A program made the translations under genes and the position numbers. A stretch of 61,208 nucleotides of DNA from an uncultured Gammaproteobacteria bacterium. GTDB taxonomy: Bacteria; Patescibacteriota; Patescibacteriia; UBA1558; GWA2-36-10. The notes below the pieces were generated by a model, which made no database searches, was not told the DNA's origin, and saw only the letters and a list, made by a program, of their open reading frames with translations. Each line of letters begins with the position of its first letter. The stretch's first letter is position 1. This document shows, piece after piece, positions 28,139 through 35,938 of this stretch. Location: NCBI GenBank assembly GCA_964633905.1, contig CAZWIT010000002.1:1-61208 (forward strand), in the 5' to 3' direction.

Positions 28139-28252
28139 ATGCGCAGTCAACATAAAACAGGTAATCGTAAAGGTAGACCAGCTTTTCGTACGCCCGCTAC
28201 TTTTATTATTAGACGTAGTTTAAAAAATAGACAAAATAAAATAAAAAAATAA
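28139..28252 (+). CDS. Putative 37-aa basic peptide (not in ORF track)
   Basis: MRSQHKTGNRKGRPAFRTPATFIIRRSLKNRQNKIKK; TGcTATAAT 7 nt upstream; stop 1 nt before the xth ATG. Confidence 0.45.
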   Translation: MRSQHKTGNRKGRPAFRTPATFIIRRSLKNRQNKIKK

Positions 28253-28253
28253 C

Positions 28254-29018
28254 ATGGCTACTTTAAATATCATATCTTTTAATGTAAATGGTGTTCGAGC
28301 AATTCAGAAAAAAGGTTTTGGTGATTTTTTAAAAAAATATCAACCAGATATTATTTGTTTACAAGAAACTAAAATATCGGATTCTGCTCGAGAGCAAGCT
28401 AAATTTGATTGGGTTGATTTTCAGGAGTTTTGGCATTCAGCTCTACGGCCGGGCTATAGTGGCACGGCTACTTTAGCCAAAGTAAATTTAAAAGTAGCCA
28501 AAGTTGCCAAGTTGCCCTGGGATAAAGAAGGTAGAGTCCAGGTTTTAGATTTGGGTAAATATTATTTAGTAAATATTTATTTTCCCAATGCTCAAGATGA
28601 TTTAAGGCGCCTGACTTGGAAAATGGATTGGAATAATAAATTATTAGTTTATTTAAAAAGACTAGATAAACAAAAACCATTAATAATTTGTGGCGATTAT
28701 AATGTTGCTCATCAAGAAATTGACTTAGCGCGTCCCAAAGCTAATACTGGCTCGGCTGGTTTTACTCCTCAAGAAAGAGCTTGGATGGATAGATTTTTAG
28801 CTAGCGGTTTCAAGGATACTTTTCGTGAGCTTAATCCTCAAAAAATACAGTATTCTTGGTGGAGCTATCGAGCCGCTGCTAGAAGTAGAAATGTAGGTTG
28901 GCGCATAGATTATTTTTGTGTTTCTAGTAGAATTTTAACTAAAATAAAACAGGCCTATATTTTAAATGAGGTATTAGGCTCTGATCATTGCCCAGTTGGC
29001 ATAGAAATAGAATTTTGA
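28254..29018 (+). CDS. xth: Exodeoxyribonuclease III
   Basis: SFNVNGVRA, CLQETK, GYSGTA, CGDYNVAH, WRIDYF, SDHCP. Confidence 0.96.
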   Translation: MATLNIISFNVNGVRAIQKKGFGDFLKKYQPDIICLQETKISDSAREQAKFDWVDFQEFWHSALRPGYSGTATLAKVNLKVAKVAKLPWDKEGRVQVLDLGKYYLVNIYFPNAQDDLRRLTWKMDWNNKLLVYLKRLDKQKPLIICGDYNVAHQEIDLARPKANTGSAGFTPQERAWMDRFLASGFKDTFRELNPQKIQYSWWSYRAAARSRNVGWRIDYFCVSSRILTKIKQAYILNEVLGSDHCPVGIEIEF

Positions 29019-29107
29019 TGTATCTTGACTAAAGAGAAAATAGTGGTTATATTAGGGTGTAGTTTTGTTTATTATAAAGTTACCTTAACAAGGGAGGGGC
29101 AGTACTC

Positions 29108-29365
29108 ATGTCTAGTAATGCGCGTCCAGTTCGCCCTAAAATCGTTTGTGTCTTAAAAGTAGGCGATTTTGAATCTTGGGATTTGTTTGTAGAATTGTTG
29201 AATCTAGGATTCAGGGTTGATTGTATGCTCAGTTATGATAACGAGTCTTGTCTTACGTCTCATGGCTATACTTATAGAGGATCGCAGTCTTTTCATATGG
29301 CTGCCAGGGGCCTAATCAATGAAATGTTGTCCAGGAAAAATAAAAGACAAAGATCATTATTTTAA
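29108..29365 (+). CDS. SD-led small hypothetical protein (85 aa)
   Basis: GGGAGG upstream; TTGACT-17-TATATT at 29025-29053; hairpin at 29383-29408. Confidence 0.55.
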   Translation: MSSNARPVRPKIVCVLKVGDFESWDLFVELLNLGFRVDCMLSYDNESCLTSHGYTYRGSQSFHMAARGLINEMLSRKNKRQRSLF

Positions 29366-29382
29366 TAAGAATCTTGTTAGGT

Positions 29383-29415
29383 AGTTCTGTGCCAAGGTGC
29401 ACAGAACTTTTATTT
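29383..29415. terminator. Intrinsic terminator
   Basis: agttctgtgc-caaggt-gcacagaact followed by T-rich tract. Confidence 0.7.
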
Positions 29416-30519
29416 TATAAAAATAAAATCAGGATAATAGTTGCGAGCATTCCATAAAAGCCAGCCAGTAGTAGAGCTGGCATTTTCAGTAGCTTTGATT
29501 TGAGCTTCAATTTTATTTTTATCATAAACTGCTCCAATAGAAAAAGCTTGTAGCCAAGGACGGACACTTGCTCGTTTATTTTGCCAGGTGGCCGTAGTAG
29601 TAGCTAAACCATAGCGAATGACCTCTCCTGGATAATCAGCTGGATTTTTAAACCCCAAATAATTATTGGCATAATGGGACGGATACATCATGGGGCAAAT
29701 ATAATCAAAATTGTCAAAAGCAGTTATCAAACGTTGGCCAATACCTAAGTCATATTGAGTATTTATATTATCCATTACTAGGCCAAACATATCGATTGAG
29801 ATGGGGCTCAGATGAGATAGTTGTTGAGATAAGTATTGATAAAATTTTTCTAAAGCCTGACTTTTAGTTTCGTTATTTTCTAGATCATAATTAATGTTAG
29901 CTATATTACCGTCAGAAGGATAACGCATATAGTCAAAATTAATTTCATCAAAACCTAGGCTAATAGCTTCCTGGGCAATAGCTACATTGTATTCCCAAAC
30001 CCCTTTTTCTTTTGGGTCAAGCCAGGCTAAATTATTTTTATCTTTCCAGATCGTTCCAGATTTGGTACTTAGAGCTAAGTCGGGACGTAGGGGTGCAAGC
30101 ACTGGATCCTGAAATACAGTTTGCCGGGCTATTACATAGATATTAATATCGTGAAAATCTTTTATAACATCAGCTACGTTCATTATTTTTTTAAAAGCTT
30201 TGTATTCACGGACACTAGGCACTTGACTATCATATAGTATATAACCAGAATAATCTTTAATATCAATAACAACCGTATTAATTCGGCTGTCTTTCATTTT
30301 AGTAATTAATTGTTGGCGCAATTTGTCATTGCCAGCTGTGGCAGCAGTTAGATAAATACCGCGCACATAGCTTGGTTGGTAAGATTTTTTTGCTTCTAAT
30401 TTAGAAATATCTGTTATTTGTGACGGAGCCTGGACAGGTAAACAGAGTAGTAAAAACACTCCGCCTAAAGTCAGTAACGATAGGCTAATATGGGTAATTT
30501 TAACAGTTGTCCTAAACAT
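29410..30519 (-). CDS. Putative glycoside hydrolase (DUF4015-like TIM barrel)
   Basis: VRGIYLT, INTVVIDIKD, GFDEINFDYMRYP, PMMYPSHY, RPWLQAF. Confidence 0.85.
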   Translation of the reverse strand: MFRTTVKITHISLSLLTLGGVFLLLCLPVQAPSQITDISKLEAKKSYQPSYVRGIYLTAATAGNDKLRQQLITKMKDSRINTVVIDIKDYSGYILYDSQVPSVREYKAFKKIMNVADVIKDFHDINIYVIARQTVFQDPVLAPLRPDLALSTKSGTIWKDKNNLAWLDPKEKGVWEYNVAIAQEAISLGFDEINFDYMRYPSDGNIANINYDLENNETKSQALEKFYQYLSQQLSHLSPISIDMFGLVMDNINTQYDLGIGQRLITAFDNFDYICPMMYPSHYANNYLGFKNPADYPGEVIRYGLATTTATWQNKRASVRPWLQAFSIGAVYDKNKIEAQIKATENASSTTGWLLWNARNYYPDFIFIK

Positions 30520-30584
30520 GCTTATATTATAGCAAATCTATAAAAATTTGCCCAAAAGCTAAAATTTTTGCTACAATATAATTC

Positions 30585-31808
30585 ATGCGTTTAAGTAAAT
30601 CTTTTTTTATTATTTTAGGCATAGTTGTAGTGGGTGGAGCCGCCTATTTTTTTATTTTACCAAAAATTAATTTGAATAAAGAAGTTATTTCTAAACCAGA
30701 AGCACAAGCAGAAACTCTAGATAAAGTTGTGGTAGTGACCGTAGAACCAGATATGACTTTTTCGATTGTTACAGAAAATGCCGGTTTAGATAAAAATTTA
30801 AGTCAGGCATTATTTACCGCTGCGGAATCTGTTTATGATCTTAGCAAAATTCGTGTAGGCCGAGAATTAAAGTTTATCTTTGATCATGATGATACTTTGC
30901 TTAAGCAAGTTGTATATCCGATTGATAGTGAAGAAGAATTATATATTGATAAGCAAGCAGATAGTACTTGGTTGGCTAGTCGTAAGCAGATTGATTATGA
31001 GGTTAAGATAAAAACAGTTAGCGGTACGATCGATTCATCTTTATACGAATCGGCTTTAGCTCAAAATATTGATGAACGAGCAGTGATTGCTTTGGCTGAT
31101 GTTTTTGCGTGGAGCATTGATTTTGGTATGGGTATTTATAAAGGTGATAGTTATAAATTTATTTACGAAGAAAGATATCGTAATGGCGAGTATATAATGC
31201 CGGGGAAAATTTTAGCAGCTCGCTTTATTAATGATGGCAATACAGTAGAGGGTTTTTATTTTTCGGAAGGTAAAGATAAAGACGGGGAATTGATTGAAGG
31301 TTATTTTGCACCCGACGGTAATTCACTACAAAAAATGTTTTTAAAAAATCCAGTAGATTTTCGCTACATTAGTTCTGGTTTTACTACTGGTAAGCGTTAT
31401 ATTTCGGCTTTTAATATTTCGACTGGTCATCGGGCAATTGATTATGCGGCAGCTTTAGGCACGCCCATTAAAGCGGTCGGTGATGGTAAGGTAACTTTTG
31501 CGGGTTGGAGTAGTGCTGGTTATGGAAATTTAGTTAGTATTCGTCATAATTCAACTTATAGCACCAACTATGCTCATCAAAGTAAAATTTTAGTTAAAGT
31601 CGGACAAAGTGTAAAGCAAGGACAGGTGATTGGTAAGGTTGGCTCTACAGGTTTATCGACTGGACCGCATCTGCATTTTGAGATAGTGCAAAATGGTACC
31701 AAGGTTAATCCGATGACAGTTGATATACCAGCTGGTAAAGCAGTAACTAATGATAAAATGGAAGAGTTTAAAAAAGTAGCTCAAGATTATCAAAAACAAT
31801 TAGATTAA
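30585..31808 (+). CDS. M23 family metallopeptidase (MepM-like)
   Basis: HRAIDYAA, YAHQS, STGPHLHFE; N-terminal TM. Confidence 0.93.
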   Translation: MRLSKSFFIILGIVVVGGAAYFFILPKINLNKEVISKPEAQAETLDKVVVVTVEPDMTFSIVTENAGLDKNLSQALFTAAESVYDLSKIRVGRELKFIFDHDDTLLKQVVYPIDSEEELYIDKQADSTWLASRKQIDYEVKIKTVSGTIDSSLYESALAQNIDERAVIALADVFAWSIDFGMGIYKGDSYKFIYEERYRNGEYIMPGKILAARFINDGNTVEGFYFSEGKDKDGELIEGYFAPDGNSLQKMFLKNPVDFRYISSGFTTGKRYISAFNISTGHRAIDYAAALGTPIKAVGDGKVTFAGWSSAGYGNLVSIRHNSTYSTNYAHQSKILVKVGQSVKQGQVIGKVGSTGLSTGPHLHFEIVQNGTKVNPMTVDIPAGKAVTNDKMEEFKKVAQDYQKQLD

Positions 31809-31813
31809 TTTTT

Positions 31814-32077
31814 ATGGCCTACAAACCACCACTGCATATTATTCAAAAAGATAAAGTAGCTCCAGTTGATAAAACAGTAAAACTAGTCAGCAATGAAACA
31901 AAGATATTTAATTTTACCTTATCTTATAGCATCAAAGGCATGGCAATAGGTATTGCTTTATCCTGGTTTTATTGTTATTTTTGGTTAGGAAATTTTTCAC
32001 CTAAGTATTTAATTGCGGGTCCTTTACTTGGTTGGCTTATGGGTTGGTTAGTGGGTAGATTTTTTTATCGAGATTAA
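31814..32077 (+). CDS. Small membrane protein
   Basis: Two C-terminal hydrophobic helices; follows the M23 gene. Confidence 0.65.
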   Translation: MAYKPPLHIIQKDKVAPVDKTVKLVSNETKIFNFTLSYSIKGMAIGIALSWFYCYFWLGNFSPKYLIAGPLLGWLMGWLVGRFFYRD

Positions 32078-32112
32078 TTTTTATTTGTATATTTAGCTTA
32101 AAAATTGTATAA

Positions 32113-32176
32113 TTTACCCCGTGGAATAGCTGCGCATAAGCGCAGCTGCCACTTTGTGGCATTCCACAAGGGTAAA
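32113..32176. repeat. ACCCYGT-family three-way-junction palindrome in the parA leader
   Basis: tttaccccgtggaat/attccacaagggtaaa enclosing agctgcgc-ataa-gcgcagct and gccac-ttt-gtggc. Confidence 0.85.
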
Positions 32177-32193
32177 GGTTGATTTTAGTTTTT

Positions 32194-32961
32194 ATGGCAC
32201 GTATTATCTCGGTAGTTAATCAAAAAGGTGGGGTAGGCAAAACTACTACTACTATTAATTTAGCAGCTTGGCTAGCGGGGTTTGGTCAAAGAGTTTTGGT
32301 AGTTGATATTGATCCTCAGGGCAATGCTTCTTCTGGTTTGGGTTTTAGTCCCCGAGAGCTTGATAAGGGTATTTACGAAGTTTTGATTGATCCGAATATG
32401 CGTTTGACCGATGCGGTCAAATCTTATCAGGCTAATTTTCATCTTGTACCATCAACTCCTGATTTAGCTGGAGCCACAGTTGATTTGGTAGCGCTTGATA
32501 ATCGAGAATATAAATTACAAGAAAATTTACAAGAAGTAGCCGATCTTTATGATTATATTTTGATTGATAATCCGCCATCTTTGGGTCTTTTGACTATCAA
32601 TGGTTTAGTAGCGGCCCGAGAAGTATTGATTCCAGTGCAGTGTGAATATTATGCTCTAGAAGGTTTGTCTCAACTTCTAAATACTATCAATTTGATTAAA
32701 GAGCATTTACAACCAGATTTAAAAATTTTAGGGGCAGTTATGACTATGTATGATAGTCGTAATCGTTTATCTAATGCAGTTTTTCAAGAATTATATAAAT
32801 TTTTTCCAGCCCGTATTTTCCGTTCAGTGATACCGCGCAATGTGCGTATGGCCGAAGCGCCATCACACGGTAAAACAATTAGAGATTATGATCCAGAATC
32901 CCAAGGGTCAAAAGCCTATAAGCGTTTAGCACAAGAGATTATGTGGAATCCTTTTGAATAA
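32194..32961 (+). CDS. parA: ParA/Soj ATPase
   Basis: NQKGGVGKTTT, DIDPQGNAS, PVQCEYYALEG, IPRNVRMAEAPSHG. Start set at ATG 32194. Confidence 0.96.
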   Translation: MARIISVVNQKGGVGKTTTTINLAAWLAGFGQRVLVVDIDPQGNASSGLGFSPRELDKGIYEVLIDPNMRLTDAVKSYQANFHLVPSTPDLAGATVDLVALDNREYKLQENLQEVADLYDYILIDNPPSLGLLTINGLVAAREVLIPVQCEYYALEGLSQLLNTINLIKEHLQPDLKILGAVMTMYDSRNRLSNAVFQELYKFFPARIFRSVIPRNVRMAEAPSHGKTIRDYDPESQGSKAYKRLAQEIMWNPFE

Positions 32962-32964
32962 TAA

Positions 32965-33099
32965 TTCACCCTGTTAAATAATTTTTAAACCCCAGTTTAA
33001 AAATTAAATTTATAGTAATATTAATAGCCTACATAAATAGAAATATATTAAATAAAATATCCCCCTGTATTTTTAAATAAATTTATTTAACAGGGTAAA
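32965..33099. mobile_element. MITE-like element, copy 1 (135 bp)
   Basis: TTCACCCTGTTAAATA ... TATTTAACAGGGTAAA termini; AT-rich non-coding core. Confidence 0.65.
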
Positions 33100-33110
33100 C
33101 AAAAACAAAT

Positions 33111-34001
33111 ATGCCAGCCTTAGGTAAAGGTTTAGGGTCGTTAATACCCAATAAAAGTAAAAATGTTCAAGCCTCGCGTGATTTTTTTTCAGCTAAAGTT
33201 TTTTCTGATGATGAAGAAACATTAGATTTGGATAATAAAAAAATAATTTATTTAGCCTTAGATAAAGTTAAAGCTAATCCTTGGCAGCCGCGTACTAATT
33301 TTGATCACGATAAATTGGCAGAACTAGCTGAGTCTATTAAAAAACACGGCATCATCCAACCACTAGTAGTTACAAAAGAAGCAGGGGGTTACCAGTTGAT
33401 AGCAGGCGAGCGTCGTTTAAAGGCAGCCCAGATTTTAGGATTAACAGAAGTTCCGGTAATAGTAAAAGAAGCTAGTGACCGTGAAAAATTAGAGCTTTCA
33501 ATTATTGAAAATATTCAGCGTCATGATCTTAATGTTTTAGAAGAAGCCAATAGTTATAAAAGATTAATTGAAGAATTTGGATTGTCTCAAGAAGATATAG
33601 CTAAACAAGTTGGCAAAAGTTTATCGACAATTTCTAACATTTTGCGTTTATTAAATTTGCCGATCGCTATTAAAGAAGCCTTGAGTGAAGGTAAAATTAC
33701 TTTTTCGCATGCTAAGGTAATTTTAAGCTACCCTACTAAACAAGAACAAATCAATATTTTTAAAAAGATTTTAAAATCAGATCTGACGGTTAAGCAGTTA
33801 GATGATTTGGCGCATCGGACAGTTTTGCGGGATAAGCTAATAAAAAAACAAGATCCGATTTTAATATCTTATGAGGATAAATTAACTAAAAATTTAGGAG
33901 CTAAAGTGCATATCAACAAACGCGGAGAAAGAGGACAGATCCAAATAGATTTTTATTCTCATGAAGAATTAAAACATTTGTTAGATCGTTTGCAAAAATA
34001 A
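33111..34001 (+). CDS. parB: ParB/Spo0J
   Basis: NPWQPR, GIIQPL, IAGERRLKA, ENIQRHDLN, HTH. Confidence 0.96.
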   Translation: MPALGKGLGSLIPNKSKNVQASRDFFSAKVFSDDEETLDLDNKKIIYLALDKVKANPWQPRTNFDHDKLAELAESIKKHGIIQPLVVTKEAGGYQLIAGERRLKAAQILGLTEVPVIVKEASDREKLELSIIENIQRHDLNVLEEANSYKRLIEEFGLSQEDIAKQVGKSLSTISNILRLLNLPIAIKEALSEGKITFSHAKVILSYPTKQEQINIFKKILKSDLTVKQLDDLAHRTVLRDKLIKKQDPILISYEDKLTKNLGAKVHINKRGERGQIQIDFYSHEELKHLLDRLQK

Positions 34002-34009
34002 GATAAATA

Positions 34010-34059
34010 AAAAACCGCCCGCCCGCCACTGCTTATGCAGGGCGAGGCGGGCGGTTTTT
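34010..34059. terminator. Bidirectional terminator with nested GC-rich hairpin
   Basis: aaaaaccgcccgcc...ggcgggcggttttt between convergent parB and rel. Confidence 0.8.
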
Positions 34060-34070
34060 AGATAGTTAGA

Positions 34071-35516
34071 TTAATTTTTATTTTTTAATTGGCTGCGGAT
34101 TTTATTTTTAGCAAGATTGGTAGCAACAATATTTAGCCAATCTGGGTTAGGATATTTACGAGATTTATTGGTAATAATTTCAATTAGATCGCCAGATTTT
34201 AAAGCTGTGTCTAAGGAAACAATATGGTCGTTTACTTTAGCACCGATGCATTGATTGCCGATATCAGTGTGGATATGATAAGCAAAATCTAGAGGGGTAG
34301 AATTTTCTGGCAATTCAATAACATCACCCTTGGGCGTAAAAACAAAAATCTGATTTAAGAAGAAGTCAGTTTTAATGTGTTTGATAAACTCAGCGTTATC
34401 AGTAATAGTTTTTTGGATTTCAATTAAATTTTTAAGCCACTTGGGTGGATTTTTACGCTTTCCTAAAATACCAATTTCTTTGTAGCGTGAGTGAGCAGCG
34501 ACACCATATTCAGCTTCTTCATCCATGCTCAAGCTGCGGATTTGAAATTCAGCCACTTTACCAAATTCGGTAAAGACAGAGGTATGGAGTGATTGATAGC
34601 CATTTGGTTTTGGTTGAGCAATATAGTCTTTAACCCTACCTTTTAAAGGGGTCCAGCGTTTATGAATCACACCCAGGGCTAAATAACAATCAGCTACTTC
34701 AGGCACGACAATACGTAAGGCAATCAAGTCATAAATTTTATTAATGTCACGACCTTTTTCTAAAAGTTTTTGATACAAGCTGTATAAACTTTTTACTCGG
34801 CCCTTAATTGAGATAAAAGGTACATCATTTTTAGCTAAATCTTTTTGAGCAATTTTTTTTATTTTTTCAATATATTTAGCTTCACTTTTTAAACGATCTT
34901 GAACCAGCTCATTTACCCAAGTATATTCAGAGGGATAAACATAAGGGAAGGCCAGATCTTCTAATTGAACTTTAATACGAAACATGCCCAAACGATTGGC
35001 AATGGGCGCAAAAATGTCTAAAGTTTCGTGGGCAATACGCAAACGTTTTTCTGGCCGCACTCCTTCTAAAGTTTCCATATTATGGAGACGGTCAGCTAAT
35101 TTGATAATAATTACCCGCAAGTCTTTGGACATAAACAAAAACATCTTGCGTAAATTTTCGGCATATCTTTCTAAGCCGCGGTATTTTAAAGTGCCAAGTT
35201 TAGTAACGCCTTTTACTAGGTAATAAACTTCATTACCAAAATTATTTTTAATATCATCATAAGTAAAGTCAGTATCCTCTGGCACATCATGTAAAAGTCC
35301 AGCCGTAATAGTGGGGATATCCATTTTCATTTTAGCTAGATTATAGGCAGTAGCTAGAGCATGATAAATATAATCTTCGCCAGTGCGGCGTTTTTGGCCA
35401 CGGTGCGCTTCGGAGGCAAAATGAAAAGCTTTAATAACTGGACCCAAATCAGCACCATGGTGGTTGGCTTCTAATATTTCTTTTAAATCTTCAAATGTAG
35501 TTAAATTTTCAGCCAT
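34071..35516 (-). CDS. rel: Short RelA/SpoT homolog (HD hydrolase + synthetase + TGS)
   Basis: LLHDVPEDT, KLADRLHNM, YDLIALR, PKPNGYQSLHT, VFTPKGD, DFAYHIHT. Confidence 0.93.
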   Translation of the reverse strand: MAENLTTFEDLKEILEANHHGADLGPVIKAFHFASEAHRGQKRRTGEDYIYHALATAYNLAKMKMDIPTITAGLLHDVPEDTDFTYDDIKNNFGNEVYYLVKGVTKLGTLKYRGLERYAENLRKMFLFMSKDLRVIIIKLADRLHNMETLEGVRPEKRLRIAHETLDIFAPIANRLGMFRIKVQLEDLAFPYVYPSEYTWVNELVQDRLKSEAKYIEKIKKIAQKDLAKNDVPFISIKGRVKSLYSLYQKLLEKGRDINKIYDLIALRIVVPEVADCYLALGVIHKRWTPLKGRVKDYIAQPKPNGYQSLHTSVFTEFGKVAEFQIRSLSMDEEAEYGVAAHSRYKEIGILGKRKNPPKWLKNLIEIQKTITDNAEFIKHIKTDFFLNQIFVFTPKGDVIELPENSTPLDFAYHIHTDIGNQCIGAKVNDHIVSLDTALKSGDLIEIITNKSRKYPNPDWLNIVATNLAKNKIRSQLKNKN

Positions 35517-35569
35517 ATATTATACTATAGTATTTTTGGGCTAAAAGTTCAAATGGAGCAGTATTAGTA

Positions 35570-35598
35570 TTGACAAAATATATATTATATGCTATAAT
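35570..35598 (+). promoter_or_regulatory. Consensus sigma70 promoter
   Basis: TTGACA-17 nt-(TGc)TATAAT. Confidence 0.8.
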
Positions 35599-35736
35599 TA
35601 TTTATTAAATTAGCACATTATAAATTAGCCGATTTATAGCCTTAGCAGCTAGAATATATCAATTATTATGTAATTTAGCTGCTACGGCTATTAACACACG
35701 GACGTAGCTCTAAACCCGATTCCCAGGAGGAAAGAA

Positions 35737-35805
35737 ATGAAGAAGCTGTTTACCCTCGTCGTCATCGCCCTGCTGACCAGCGCTCTCCAGACCGGCAAGA
35801 AGTAA
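35737..35805 (+). CDS. 22-aa hydrophobic peptide, type I toxin-like (not in ORF track)
   Basis: AGGAGG at 35725-35730; MKKLFTLVVIALLTSALQTGKK; 20 of 22 codons end in G/C. Confidence 0.6.
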   Translation: MKKLFTLVVIALLTSALQTGKK

Positions 35806-35830
35806 CGGCAACAACGCCGCTGCTTGATGT

Positions 35831-35887
35831 GAGGCTGGTCTCAATTCACTCGATCCTGAGTGAAGCGAGACCAGCCTCTTTTTCTTT
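35831..35887 (+). terminator. Long hairpin terminator
   Basis: gaggctggtctc/gagaccagcctc plus tcactc/gagtga, then T run. Confidence 0.85.
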
Positions 35888-35938
35888 TTTTAAAAAATAA
35901 AAAAGCCAGCCGCGTTAAACACGGCGGGCTTTAATTTT

